Positions 38,214 through 48,848 of a stretch of DNA of 64,000 nucleotides are shown piece by piece. Every line of letters begins with the position of its first letter. Position 1 is the stretch's first letter. Source of the DNA: Nitrospinaceae bacterium (GTDB lineage Bacteria; Nitrospinota; Nitrospinia; Nitrospinales; Nitrospinaceae); NCBI GenBank assembly GCA_965223665.1, contig OZ245011.1, positions 3,200,001 to 3,264,000 of the forward strand, in the 5' to 3' direction. A model generated the notes under the pieces. That model ran no database searches. It was given only the letters and a program-made list of their open reading frames with translations, and was not told the DNA's origin. A program made the position numbers and the translations under genes.

Positions 38214-40196
38214 ATGTCAGAATTAAAATCCCATTCTTCAGAACAGAAATTGTCACCGGAAATTCCAGAATCTCCATCGCTTGAATCTAATGACCAGTTG
38301 GATGTTACTATCCAAAAAGCTATTGATTATCATTTTTCCACTCAATACCCGGAAGGTTATTGGGTAGAAGAATTAGAATCTAATCCAACTATCACGGCAG
38401 AATATGTTTTTTTAATGCATTTTCTGGGTATTAATGATCCTGAAAGAAGAGAGAAATGCAAAAATTATTTGCTGAAATATCAAAGAAAAGATGGGGGATG
38501 GAATATATACTTCGGTGCCCCGAGTGAGATTAGTACTACAGTGGAGGCTTATATTGCATTAAAAATGACAGGCGTGCCACATAATGCTCCTGAAATGGTA
38601 AGAGCCCGGGAATGCATTTTTGCTAAAGGGGGAATCCGTAAAGTAAGAGTATTTACAAAAATATTTTTGGCCATGTTGGGTCAAAGCTCTTGGGAATTTG
38701 TTCCAGCGACACCAGTAGAATTGATACTACTGCCGAATTGGTTTTACTTCAATATATACGAAATGTCGAGTTGGTCTCGAGGAACTGTGGTTCCTCTTAG
38801 TATCATCTGCACAAAAAAACCGGTTTGGCCGTTACCGAGTGAACAATCTGTGCCAGAAATATTTACCGATGCTGACAAGGACCTTTCAATTAAAGTGAAG
38901 AAGTCGGGCTTAAACTGGCCTAATTTCTTCTTAATGATGGACAAGGTTATAAAAGTATTAGGAAAATGTTCCTGGAAACCATTCAGGAAATTTGCACTCA
39001 ATAAAGCCAAACGATGGACTTTGGATCATCAAGAGCCCGAAGGTGATTTCAGTGGCATTCAACCTGCAATGTTTAACTCTCTTATAGCGCTTAGCTTGTT
39101 GGGTTATGAATTGAATCATCCTGTAATGGTAAAAGGTTTAGAAGCTGTGGATCGTTTTATTATTGATCGGAAAGATCATTTGGTTGTGCAGGCTTGTGTA
39201 TCTCCCTTATGGGATACAGCTATTGCCTGTAACGCATTAATGGATTCTGGTGTTTCTCCAGATCATCCCAAATTAGTCCAAGCTGCTGAGTGGATTTGGA
39301 AAAAGCAGGTTTCCGAGCGGGGAGATTGGAAAATAAAAAATCCATCCACCCCTGCTGGAGGATGGTCATTCGAATTTTTTAATCAAAGTTACCCGGATAC
39401 AGATGATACTGCAGAAATTTTGATGGCATTAAATCGTATTCCCGTCGCAGATAAAGAAAAAAAGAATAAAGAATTCAATCGTGCTTTTACTTGGTTAATG
39501 AGTATGCAAAGTACAAACGGGGGTTGGGGAGCATTTGATCAAGACAATGATCATGAATTATTTAATCAAATTCCTTTTGCCGACCATGGAGCTATGTTGG
39601 ACCCACCTACCGTGGATGTTACGGGTAGAATCCTGTGGCTATTAGGACGAATTCAGCATGATCCTATTGATGCCCAAGTTCAAAGGGCAATTCAGTTTAT
39701 TCGAAAAGAACAAGAGGAGGATGGATGTTGGTTTGGTCGTTGGGGTGTAAATTACATTTATGGAACCTGGCTTGTTCTCTCTGGCCTCAATTCAATTGGT
39801 GAAGATATGAGCCAATCCTATATTTGTAAAGCTGTAGATTGGTTGAAGAAACATCAAAACTCTGATGGTGGTTGGGGAGAAACTTGTGAAAGTTATTCTG
39901 ATCCCACCTTGCGCGGCCAGGGGACAAGTACCAATTCTCAAACTGCATGGGCGGTGATGGCCTTAACGGAGGCGAGTGAAGGTAGTAGTTCCAATGCTAA
40001 AAAAGGAATTGATTATTTAATCCAAAACCAAAAACAAAATGGTTCCTGGTATGAAGATGAGTTTACCGGGACTGGCTTCCCTGGACATTTTTATATTAAG
40101 TATCATATGTACCAACAATTTTTCCCATTAATGGCGTTAGCCCGGTTCAAGCATTTCCAAGACCAAAAATTGGTTCCTGCCCGACAAGCTTCTTGA
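38214..40196 (+). CDS. shc: Squalene--hopene cyclase
   Basis: SPLWDTA, YPDTDDTA (DXDD), QW repeats QEEDGCWFGRWG and QNSDGGWGE, FTGTGFP. Confidence 0.96.
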   Translation: MSELKSHSSEQKLSPEIPESPSLESNDQLDVTIQKAIDYHFSTQYPEGYWVEELESNPTITAEYVFLMHFLGINDPERREKCKNYLLKYQRKDGGWNIYFGAPSEISTTVEAYIALKMTGVPHNAPEMVRARECIFAKGGIRKVRVFTKIFLAMLGQSSWEFVPATPVELILLPNWFYFNIYEMSSWSRGTVVPLSIICTKKPVWPLPSEQSVPEIFTDADKDLSIKVKKSGLNWPNFFLMMDKVIKVLGKCSWKPFRKFALNKAKRWTLDHQEPEGDFSGIQPAMFNSLIALSLLGYELNHPVMVKGLEAVDRFIIDRKDHLVVQACVSPLWDTAIACNALMDSGVSPDHPKLVQAAEWIWKKQVSERGDWKIKNPSTPAGGWSFEFFNQSYPDTDDTAEILMALNRIPVADKEKKNKEFNRAFTWLMSMQSTNGGWGAFDQDNDHELFNQIPFADHGAMLDPPTVDVTGRILWLLGRIQHDPIDAQVQRAIQFIRKEQEEDGCWFGRWGVNYIYGTWLVLSGLNSIGEDMSQSYICKAVDWLKKHQNSDGGWGETCESYSDPTLRGQGTSTNSQTAWAVMALTEASEGSSSNAKKGIDYLIQNQKQNGSWYEDEFTGTGFPGHFYIKYHMYQQFFPLMALARFKHFQDQKLVPARQAS

Positions 40197-40366
40197 AATT
40201 TTTCTAAATTTTTAAAAAAACTTATCGAGTGTTTTTGCTCAATAACAATTGATTTTCCATTAATAAAGTGTAGGTGCTGAATTACTTTGGAATTGACAAA
40301 TTTATTGGAAAATAAAAAATTTTGCTTACACTAAATTATATATTCCTAAATTTTTTTTAGATAAAT

Positions 40367-41368
40367 ATGATCACAGATTCTATTACTCAGCAAGAACAAT
40401 TTACTCAGGTTATTTTAAATAATGTTCATGATGCGATTATTATTATTAATAACCTGGGAGAAATAGTTTATTGGAATAATAGTGCTCATAAACTATTTGG
40501 ATGGTCCATAGATGAAGTTCGTGGAAAAAATTTGGGTAATTTGATAGTTCCTCAACGATATAGAAAAAGCCATTTCGAAGGAATCAGCCGGTTTTTGCAT
40601 ACCCAGAAAGGGAAAATTTTGGGAGAAATTATAGAAATCGAGGCAATGCATAAAAATGGAAAGGAGTTATCAGTAAATTTAACCATTTCGAATATTTCCT
40701 TTGAGAACTCAAATTTTTTTGTTGGAATCATTAGGGATGTTTCATCTAAAAAAAATCTAGAAGTTGAGCTTCATAAATATGCAGGAGAACTTGAAAAAAG
40801 TAACCAGGCTAAGGACGCACTTATTACTGAGCTTAGAGATCTAAAAAAAGAACTCGAACTTTCCGCACGTACAGACCCTCTCACCCAAATTCCTAACCGA
40901 AGAGATATGATTGAGAAGCTAAAGTATGAATTCCAACGTACTCGCCGGACGCAAAAACAGTTTTGTGTTTTGATGATGGATGTGGACCATTTTAAAACTA
41001 TAAATGATACGATTGGACATGATGGGGGGGATTATGTTCTGATTGAATTAGCGAATCTTTTGCAAGATAGTTCTCGAAAACAGGACATTATTTGTCGTTG
41101 GGGCGGGGAGGAGTTTTTATTTCTTTTACCAGATACAACCTTCGATGGTGGGGTAATTTTAGCTAATAGATTAATTAAAAAAACGGAATCACATTCTTTT
41201 AGTTATATGGAAAAATTAATTCCCGTTACTTTGAGCATTGGTCTGGGGACGCTTGACTTAGAAGAGGAAGATTTCCAGGATTGCATAAAAAGGGCAGATG
41301 AATCTTTGTATAAAGCAAAACGGCTGGGACGTAATCGGTTATTTCCTTTAAATGAACCCCAAATATGA
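40367..41368 (+). CDS. PAS-GGDEF diguanylate cyclase
   Basis: PAS (DAIIII...WN..A.KLFG); TDPLT..PNRR, DVDHFK, RKQD I-site, RWGGEEF. Confidence 0.92.
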   Translation: MITDSITQQEQFTQVILNNVHDAIIIINNLGEIVYWNNSAHKLFGWSIDEVRGKNLGNLIVPQRYRKSHFEGISRFLHTQKGKILGEIIEIEAMHKNGKELSVNLTISNISFENSNFFVGIIRDVSSKKNLEVELHKYAGELEKSNQAKDALITELRDLKKELELSARTDPLTQIPNRRDMIEKLKYEFQRTRRTQKQFCVLMMDVDHFKTINDTIGHDGGDYVLIELANLLQDSSRKQDIICRWGGEEFLFLLPDTTFDGGVILANRLIKKTESHSFSYMEKLIPVTLSIGLGTLDLEEEDFQDCIKRADESLYKAKRLGRNRLFPLNEPQI

Positions 41369-41415
41369 AATATTGTAGCAGTTTGATGCAGGAATGAATT
41401 AAATCTGGATGGAAA

Positions 41416-41976
41416 TTAAAAATGATGCAAAAGTTCCACTGCAAATTTAGTTCGGTTGAGTTTTTCAGTTGCAGAAGAAATTACCTCTCCACTTGCAATG
41501 TCGACCAAAGCGATATGTACATCAATATTAGATCCAATATCTCTTACAGTTCCATTTACAATAGCTTCCGCGTTAAGCGCATGTCCAATGCGTTTCGTCT
41601 CCTCTTGAGTATAAAGGAAAGAGGGCTGCAGGCTGAGTTTATTTAAGGTTTCTACAACTTCACCTCGTTGCGCGACTCGAAAAAATTTTCGTCTGGTGAT
41701 TGCTTCGACCACCCGGTTGGCCATGTATTCACCTAATACTGGAACCCGTCCTTGATCATCCACCAAATCCATAACAACTACTTTCGTGATTTCATATTCT
41801 TCAACATCTTGAGCAATTTTGTTGATTAAATCTTCGGACTTTTCTTCATAGTATTCAGAGTCTGTTTCTTTATCGAAAAATCTGTCCCATATTTTTGAAG
41901 GTTCCAACTTTAGCTCGCAACCTGTTAAAAGGGAAGCAGTTAACATTATTCCTAAGATAGAATGAAATTTTCTCAT
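41416..41976 (-). CDS. FlgO/CsgG/TolB-N-like lipoprotein
   Basis: Lipobox LLTGC; VVVMDL, LGEYMA, IG..LNAEAIVNGT, LVDIASGEVISSA; ATG 41976 after GAGG. Confidence 0.75.
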   Translation of the reverse strand: MRKFHSILGIMLTASLLTGCELKLEPSKIWDRFFDKETDSEYYEEKSEDLINKIAQDVEEYEITKVVVMDLVDDQGRVPVLGEYMANRVVEAITRRKFFRVAQRGEVVETLNKLSLQPSFLYTQEETKRIGHALNAEAIVNGTVRDIGSNIDVHIALVDIASGEVISSATEKLNRTKFAVELLHHF

Positions 41977-42023
41977 ACAATAATTCCTCGGTTGGCTTTT
42001 GGACCTGTTCAATTTAAAAATAC

Positions 42024-42040
42024 TGCAAGCCTAATGCCGG
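42024..42040 (-). promoter_or_regulatory. Sigma54 (-24/-12) promoter candidate
   Basis: Minus strand CCGGCATTAGGCTTGCA = GG-N10-GC, about 48 nt before the ATG. Confidence 0.6.
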
Positions 42041-42282
42041 ATAGGATCTCAAGTGAACCTAATATTTTCAAATACTTTAATATGCTATTTTACAATAGGT
42101 TATATAGCGGATGTTTTGCTATAAAAGTTTAACTGGAAGGAAAAGATTTCCTATTTAAGCAAGAAGTAACGGGTTATATTTGCTTTTTCAAATCTTTAGG
42201 GAATGCCTTTGCTAGCATAGTTATTCAAATTCCTGTATAAAGTAGTAATCCAATTAATTAGGACCTAGCTGGAGAAGTTTGT

Positions 42283-43119
42283 ATGTTTGATCGAGTTTTT
42301 TATGGTTTTTTGGTGATTTGTTTATTTTTCTTGGTGGGTTGTGAAAACCCTAAAACTGCTGAAGAGCCGCTGCGCTTGCCCGAAAAAGAAAAAACCTGGG
42401 TTAAAACTGAAAAAGTGGAAAAAACCAAAAATAAGGCTCTAGCTCCTAAAGAAAAGAAACCTGAATTAATATCCATAAACCAGGAACTACGCCAAAAATT
42501 ATTACAAACATATTCTTCACAAGGGAAAATAACTGACGAAAAATCATGCCTCGCAATTTTGGATCCACTGGATAAAAAACGAATGGCGGTCCAGAGGGAA
42601 GGAGGGCTGTGGCATGCATTTGAAAGAATTCCTGAGATTCGTCTGCACTCTGATAATGGTTTTCAACTGGATAGCCAAATGAATAAGTTAATATTTTCTA
42701 TTAGGCATTTATGTAAAACTTCCCAAGGGGTACCCATGGATGCCTTAGCTACAAATGTTAACCAATCTATCAACGAAAAAGGAAAAGAAGGAACTAAAAA
42801 TGAATTGATTGATTGGGGAGAAGCTCCAAAAACGGCAGACAGTTGGATTGATTACGCAGAATCTTCTACAGAAAGGACCACACGAAAGGTCGATTTCTCA
42901 AATATTGAAAGTTTAATTCTTCAAGCGGGCCCCATGGTGGATTTATATGAAGAATTACTTCATCGTCAAATAGACCCCAACCAACCACAAACTTATTTAA
43001 CCGACGCTACTACTTTATTGGATGCTCTTCGGGAAACAATTGCCACAGATCAATACGTGGTGATGGCTCTTACAGAAGATCACGCGGTTCCATATAAAGA
43101 ATTTCGTGGTGAAATGTAG
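42283..43119 (+). CDS. Hypothetical lipoprotein
   Basis: Lipobox FLVGC; 278 aa helical; SD GGAG. Confidence 0.75.
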   Translation: MFDRVFYGFLVICLFFLVGCENPKTAEEPLRLPEKEKTWVKTEKVEKTKNKALAPKEKKPELISINQELRQKLLQTYSSQGKITDEKSCLAILDPLDKKRMAVQREGGLWHAFERIPEIRLHSDNGFQLDSQMNKLIFSIRHLCKTSQGVPMDALATNVNQSINEKGKEGTKNELIDWGEAPKTADSWIDYAESSTERTTRKVDFSNIESLILQAGPMVDLYEELLHRQIDPNQPQTYLTDATTLLDALRETIATDQYVVMALTEDHAVPYKEFRGEM

Positions 43120-43125
43120 GGACTA

Positions 43126-43650
43126 TTACCTTCCTTCTCGCACCTCTATGTAATATCCGGAAATTCCTTGGGTATTTTTTGAAGAGGCTCGATAAGTCCC
43201 AATACTTTTAGGAGGCAAATGAATCCTCTGCCATTCAGTTATATCCTTGGTTGGAATCGTATTTTCATCTAAAAATTGAGTTCGGCCCTCTATTTGAAGT
43301 GGATATTCTGTATGATTTTGGAATACGGCCATAACTTCTTTAATACCTGAAGGAGAAGTTTTCATGGTATGGGTTTGTGTTGAAATTTTATAACGACGAA
43401 CAATTTGAGGAGGAGAATCAGGAGGAGGACCTACTCTCTGGCCCTGGCAATAAGTCACCCATACACTTTCAGATTCAAGAGAACGGTCTAAAATTTTGAC
43501 ACTATTCATTTTATAGCCTGATTGTGCAGGAGGGTCTGTCATAAAAGATTGGCAAGGGTCTTTTTGTTGGGTTGCGCAACCAACAAACAATCCTGATAAT
43601 ACCAAAATAGAAAAAAATAATTTAAAAAGCCGAGTCGTTAAGCCCTTCAT
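43126..43650 (-). CDS. YcfL/DUF1425-like lipoprotein
   Basis: Lipobox FVGC; N..EYPLQIEGR.QFLD....W..I.LPP pattern. Confidence 0.7.
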   Translation of the reverse strand: MKGLTTRLFKLFFSILVLSGLFVGCATQQKDPCQSFMTDPPAQSGYKMNSVKILDRSLESESVWVTYCQGQRVGPPPDSPPQIVRRYKISTQTHTMKTSPSGIKEVMAVFQNHTEYPLQIEGRTQFLDENTIPTKDITEWQRIHLPPKSIGTYRASSKNTQGISGYYIEVREGR

Positions 43651-43662
43651 TAGATGATCTCC

Positions 43663-44949
43663 CTAATTTAATTGAGCAGAACGGGATCGAAACCAAGCCA
43701 ACCCCGAATGATTGTTCGCAAACTTAATTTTTTTTGAGGAACGGAGATGTTGTAATTCACCGCCCTTTGAATCATAAAATAATGCTTCAATCTCAATAGG
43801 TTTTGTTTCTGATTGAAATGTATAAACGTGAACTCGATCGGGAAGATTTTTCCAAAATCGATTGTCCGCTCTTGTTTGTGCGGCACCTGCTACCCCTTGC
43901 TCAATTAACCCCAAGGCAGTTAATATGCCAGCAATAATTAGTCCCTCTTCGCTACGATGTCGCGCTGAAACAGCTACTCCTGCTAAACCAATTTGGGTCA
44001 ATGCCCGTCCACGTTCCCCATGAGATTTTTTAAATTCCACCTTGTCAGCTAAAATTTTATCAATTTTGCGACCTCCGCGAGTGCTGGCTTGCCAAAAGAT
44101 ATCTTCCATTTCATAAGCAGAAATTACGCCGTTCCGTATGAAAAATTTTGCTCCAACCTCAGGGACTCCTTCGCGTCGCTTAATTCTGAGTTCTGATCCT
44201 CCTGGGCCGGTAGCAATTTTGACAGGAGAAAATCCCGTTTCGGCAATTAATAGAACATTATCCTTTGGATTGGGTAGAATAAAATCAGGTCGGTGTTCTT
44301 TTACATGGTCGTAAGCTTCTTTAGCCATATCCCAATCTCCATTCATTTGAGAAGCCCAACCCTCTAAAAACATTAATAGAGCAAAATCATCTTGATATTT
44401 TTTATCCTCTGCTAACGCATCTTGTAATTGTCCACCCTTAAAACTGGCTCTGGCATTTTCATAATCACCTCGTCTTAAAAAAAGCAATCCGCGATAGTAA
44501 TAAGCCATTGCCCTTTCATAGGGCTCCCCTTTAAAGTCTTTTCGCCCCTCCTCGTACCATAAACTGCGGGCTCTTTCGGCGTTTTTATTCTCGGCCCAAA
44601 CAGATTCAATATTTAAAAGAGCAGTTTCTAAAGATTCTTCGGCCTTCTCATAAGCTCCCAAGTCCATGGCTGCCAATCCGGTTTCCATATGATTGAGAAC
44701 TAAATTACGGGGACCTTCATGAAGTATGCGTCGATAATTAGAATGCAGTTGTTCGGGTTTATCATGAAGGTAGGCCTGCATTTCCAATTCGGGTACCTCA
44801 TAATATTCATACTGAGTGGTTGAGGCACATCCTAAAGCACTGATAGTAAAACAGGCAATTGCCAACCAAGCTGCAAGTCGAATCCAAGAGAAAAAAGGAT
44901 GATCCTTAACGGTAAACGACGTCGTCGGTGCCTTCTTTCTTGAATTCAT
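43663..44949 (-). CDS. COG3014-like TPR lipoprotein
   Basis: Lipobox ALGC; FKGEPYERAMAYYY, YENARA, AD.R.W..LP; ATG 44949 with GGAG SD overlaps the lpoB end. Confidence 0.7.
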   Translation of the reverse strand: MNSRKKAPTTSFTVKDHPFFSWIRLAAWLAIACFTISALGCASTTQYEYYEVPELEMQAYLHDKPEQLHSNYRRILHEGPRNLVLNHMETGLAAMDLGAYEKAEESLETALLNIESVWAENKNAERARSLWYEEGRKDFKGEPYERAMAYYYRGLLFLRRGDYENARASFKGGQLQDALAEDKKYQDDFALLMFLEGWASQMNGDWDMAKEAYDHVKEHRPDFILPNPKDNVLLIAETGFSPVKIATGPGGSELRIKRREGVPEVGAKFFIRNGVISAYEMEDIFWQASTRGGRKIDKILADKVEFKKSHGERGRALTQIGLAGVAVSARHRSEEGLIIAGILTALGLIEQGVAGAAQTRADNRFWKNLPDRVHVYTFQSETKPIEIEALFYDSKGGELQHLRSSKKIKFANNHSGLAWFRSRSAQLN

Positions 44950-45586
44950 ACTCACCACTCCAAATGATTTGTCCCGTTTCAAGATCTATCATTTCGAAAA
45001 CTATGTAATGGGATCGAGACATTACGCCGGTTGTAGAATTTACTGCATCCAAGGTAGATATGGATCCACCTAATCTATAATCTCCTCCTAAGGTTGATTT
45101 TACATGTTCCAGAGTGCCCGCATCGACTTTAGGTGAACCACTTGATGTAGTATCTCGCTTTAAAGAACGTTCTTTATCGACAATGTCTTTGTAATGCCTT
45201 TGTACAAAAACCATCCTGGTTCCTGCAGCTCGCTGAAGTCCTACCCGCAGTTTGTTAGTGATAATCTTTTTATTAATACGGGTGGAACCTTCATTAGTGA
45301 AATATTCTGAATCAATGATTACGCGAGGAGGCGTATTTTGTTGGGCTAGAGCAGTAGTACCCAACATATCACGAATCATTTTGTCGGTCATACTTCTTAT
45401 GTCTTGCGATTCTATTCCGACACCCCCAACGGAACCAGGTGTAGAAGGGTCCTTATAAACTGTTCCACGACCGGGTGAATTATCTACCGGTCCAGTGGGA
45501 ACGGGTGTGTAGGGTTGCTGTTGTGCGCAAGCCGAGAACCCCACCAACAGTCCCCCAATTGCTAAAATTTTCCAATACATTTTCAT
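44906..45586 (-). CDS. LpoB-family lipoprotein (PBP activator-like)
   Basis: Lipobox FSAC; DI..M..KM...M, DY.L.G.I, MIDLETGQIIWS. Confidence 0.8.
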   Translation of the reverse strand: MKMYWKILAIGGLLVGFSACAQQQPYTPVPTGPVDNSPGRGTVYKDPSTPGSVGGVGIESQDIRSMTDKMIRDMLGTTALAQQNTPPRVIIDSEYFTNEGSTRINKKIITNKLRVGLQRAAGTRMVFVQRHYKDIVDKERSLKRDTTSSGSPKVDAGTLEHVKSTLGGDYRLGGSISTLDAVNSTTGVMSRSHYIVFEMIDLETGQIIWSGEYEFKKEGTDDVVYR

Positions 45587-45970
45587 CCTCGCCTCCTAAG
45601 CAAGACGTTCATTGCCAATAAGAAAATCCGATCCCCTAATTATCCCAGACCCCTAAGCAAAAATAAAATTATAAATTTTTAATGAAACTAAGAATTTTTC
45701 TTTATTTTTGAAATTGGATGAATACCTGAAATAACCAATTGGGATCTAAATTAATAAATTTTTGGAGCCCAAGCATTTTCATTTTTAAACTTTATTTGGC
45801 CATAAATTATTAATTTTTTTATTTTTTTTAAATTTCTACATAAGGAAATTGTCCGAAAATCCCCTCTTTAAAATTAGATTTCATTCGAAAATCAAATTTT
45901 TCATTTACATTTTTATAGGAAAAGGTATAAAGTAACTTTAGGGAGGCAAAATCTTTACATTCTAGGGTCA

Positions 45971-46777
45971 ATGACCTCGCAGTTGTCTGGAATTCAAAAC
46001 AACTCTGAAACCACGATAAGTTTACCTGTTAACTTGTTATGGACCGGAGGTTGGGATTCTACTTTTCGTCTATTGTATTTACTATTAGTAGAGGAAAAAG
46101 CAGTCCAACCTATCTATATTGTCGATTCTGAAAGACCTTCTACGGGTTATGAAATCCGGGCAATGGAATCCATACGTAAAGAGGTTTTAGAGCTCTATCC
46201 TGCCACTAAAAGACTTTTTCTAACCACCATCTTTGATAAAAAAGATCAAATTCAGCCCGACCCGAATATCACTGAACAGTTTGAGCTTATCAAATCAAGA
46301 GTGCATATTGGTATTCAATATGATTGGTTAGCCCGGTATGCCGTCCAAAAAAACATCAGTGATTTAGAAATTGCCTATCAAAAAAGTATTCCACCTCATG
46401 ATTTGGATGTCATGTTATTTGCAGAATTGACCAGTCATGAAAACAATTTCCGCGTTAAAGAAAATCCAAGTTTTCACGCAATCAGTCTATTTAAATTCTT
46501 CAGGTTTCCTCTTGCGAATTTAACCAAATTGGAAATGGAACACTTAGCCAAAAAACATAATTTTTTCGAAATTATGAAAAAAACTTGGTTTTGCCATACG
46601 CCTAAGAAAAATGGAAAACCCTGTGAAGTTTGTCAGCCTTGTTTAATTGCGCGGAAAAGTGGCCATACCCATGGTTTACCTGAAACTTACTTTTTAAGAG
46701 ATTTATTGATTAGAGTATCGGGAAAAGTGAATTCCCTTAGCCAGGCTGTATTAAATAAATTATTCTTAAGTGGTTAG
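45971..46777 (+). CDS. QueC-like PP-loop (N-type ATP pyrophosphatase) protein, paralog 1
   Basis: LLWTGGWDSTFRL; FPL..LTK..M; WFCH.P....PCEVCQPC Zn site. Confidence 0.75.
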   Translation: MTSQLSGIQNNSETTISLPVNLLWTGGWDSTFRLLYLLLVEEKAVQPIYIVDSERPSTGYEIRAMESIRKEVLELYPATKRLFLTTIFDKKDQIQPDPNITEQFELIKSRVHIGIQYDWLARYAVQKNISDLEIAYQKSIPPHDLDVMLFAELTSHENNFRVKENPSFHAISLFKFFRFPLANLTKLEMEHLAKKHNFFEIMKKTWFCHTPKKNGKPCEVCQPCLIARKSGHTHGLPETYFLRDLLIRVSGKVNSLSQAVLNKLFLSG

Positions 46778-46980
46778 TGGAGCTTCAAAATTAAAAATTT
46801 CTCCTAAACTATTTTGATTAATAAATCGTCAAATATATTGTTTTTCCCCTCCTTCTAAAAATTAAACTCCCTATTTAATTTATCTAATAAGGTAAAATAA
46901 GGCTTTCCCAAATAAGCTTTCTAATTGCTAAAATGTCCTTTATACTTCATCATTAAAAAAATCTTAACCTATTTACAATC

Positions 46981-47466
46981 ATGGCAGATTCCAATCCTGT
47001 TGTTGCAAGTATTCGCCATTCCATTGAAAAGAATGGTTTCCCAGATAAATCAGTAAAATTACCCTTCAAACCGGTATATGAAAGTTGTAAGCAAAATCAA
47101 ACTTCTTTGGCGGAGGTACTAAAAGCTTTAGAAACTCAGGGTATTAGGGGAACCTTTCAAGGAAATCATATTGTTTTTCGAAACCAGGAAAAGGCAGATG
47201 AGTTAAAACAATCTGAACAAACCAAAAAAACTGAGCCTGACCCTGCTTTATGGGAATTTATGGCTGGTATGAATCCAGGTGAAACATTCCCCGGTGCTTC
47301 CAATTTTGGTGACTTGCAAAACTTAATTCAAAAATTTTCTAATCAATTGACTCCAGATCAATGGTCAGAAATTCAAAAACAATTAGAAAATATGAGTGAA
47401 GAAGAAAAACAAAAAATTTTGACGTTATTTTCTCAAATGGTAAAACCTCCAAAAGATTCATCTTAA
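46981..47466 (+). CDS. Hypothetical protein
   Basis: 161-aa ORF; helical Gln/Glu-rich C-terminus. Confidence 0.7.
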   Translation: MADSNPVVASIRHSIEKNGFPDKSVKLPFKPVYESCKQNQTSLAEVLKALETQGIRGTFQGNHIVFRNQEKADELKQSEQTKKTEPDPALWEFMAGMNPGETFPGASNFGDLQNLIQKFSNQLTPDQWSEIQKQLENMSEEEKQKILTLFSQMVKPPKDSS

Positions 47467-47510
47467 AAAATTTTTCAGCGAAATCGCGCTGTTATTGTTA
47501 GGAGTCTTTT

Positions 47511-47954
47511 ATGCGTGTTAAGGAATTGATGTCTACTAAATTACATACGGTTGGCCCTGATGATATGTTGGATAAGGTTTTCATATTATTCAACTTTGAA
47601 TCAATTCGTCATCTACCGGTTATAGAAAAAGGAAAAATAATTGGAATCCTTTCGGACCGGGATTTGAAGAAAATTTTGGGACCCAGAAGAAAATTGATTC
47701 AAGGTGAGGGTGGTACTCAATTTACAGTTAACGCTCGAAAGGTAAAAACCCTTATGAGCCGTAATGTGACTACCATTGGCCCTGAAGAAAAAACTACCGA
47801 CGCTGCTGCTATTATGGCAAAGAAAAAGATAGGTTGTTTACCGGTAGTAAAAAAAGGGCAATTAGTAGGTATCATAACAGCTACAGATATATTGAAAGCG
47901 TATGTCCAGCTTTCTATCAGTATGGAGAAGTTGGTAAAAAAATTCGAATTATAA
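47511..47954 (+). CDS. Tandem CBS-domain protein (AcuB-like)
   Basis: IRHLPV...IGILSDRD; IGCLPVV..LVGIITATD. Confidence 0.92.
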   Translation: MRVKELMSTKLHTVGPDDMLDKVFILFNFESIRHLPVIEKGKIIGILSDRDLKKILGPRRKLIQGEGGTQFTVNARKVKTLMSRNVTTIGPEEKTTDAAAIMAKKKIGCLPVVKKGQLVGIITATDILKAYVQLSISMEKLVKKFEL

Positions 47955-47967
47955 AAGGTCATCAACC

Positions 47968-48807
47968 ATGTTGATTTTTTCCAAAGACATTTCAGATCGT
48001 GATTTTAAGCATCCTCGAGAAAAGGAAGACGCTGATTTAAAGGAATACATGGAGTATCAGCGCAAACTCTACCCTTATACAGTGGTTAGATCCGGGTTGG
48101 ATTTAGCTTATAAAGAATTGGATGATATTTTAAATTACATTGAAAATGGAGAACAAAGAACTGAAGATTCTCAAAGGGAAGAATATCCTGAAGATGTTGG
48201 AGGATGGTATAAAAATCGATTTCCTTGGTCTGCTTCATTTTTAGAAATGCAAGATATGCACTCGGTCCTGGTGTACTTAATAAAAGCTATGGATTCGTTT
48301 CGTACTTTTGAAAAAGTCAACACTTACCATTTGGCGGTTCTTTATGATTCAGTTCATAATATTATAGAAGTTTATAATGAATTGTTAGAAACTAATTTTA
48401 ACGCGGCACGAGATATTCGTCTCAGTAATAATACTCGAGTTCATTTTGACGATTTTATAAACAATTACTGGCCTCATCTAGAATTTATGATTTTATCTAA
48501 ACCCGATTATCCTCACCAGGTTTTACAACCGCGAATTAGCAAAATTGAAAAATTTATTAAAGAGGCAATTGAATCGGGAATTAGCCCCCTGGAAGCTTTG
48601 GAAAGCGCTGCTAATTCTTTCAAGTTTGATGAAGGCACCTTGCCCCTTCTCCGTAGAGATCCGCTTCTTCCTGAATTAGCTCAATTAGAATCTTTGTCTT
48701 TAAATCAAAATCCTTATGAACCACCACTGTGCGATATTACTACCATTCAGTCACAATATGAAAAGAGCTTTGATGCCTTTAAAGAATTTGCTTCAAAAAA
48801 AGAATAG
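47968..48807 (+). CDS. Hypothetical acidic protein
   Basis: 279-aa ORF in operon-like spacing; no motif recognised. Confidence 0.7.
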   Translation: MLIFSKDISDRDFKHPREKEDADLKEYMEYQRKLYPYTVVRSGLDLAYKELDDILNYIENGEQRTEDSQREEYPEDVGGWYKNRFPWSASFLEMQDMHSVLVYLIKAMDSFRTFEKVNTYHLAVLYDSVHNIIEVYNELLETNFNAARDIRLSNNTRVHFDDFINNYWPHLEFMILSKPDYPHQVLQPRISKIEKFIKEAIESGISPLEALESAANSFKFDEGTLPLLRRDPLLPELAQLESLSLNQNPYEPPLCDITTIQSQYEKSFDAFKEFASKKE

Positions 48808-48848
48808 TCAACTAAAAGCAAAATTAAAAAAGCAGGCAACCACAACCG

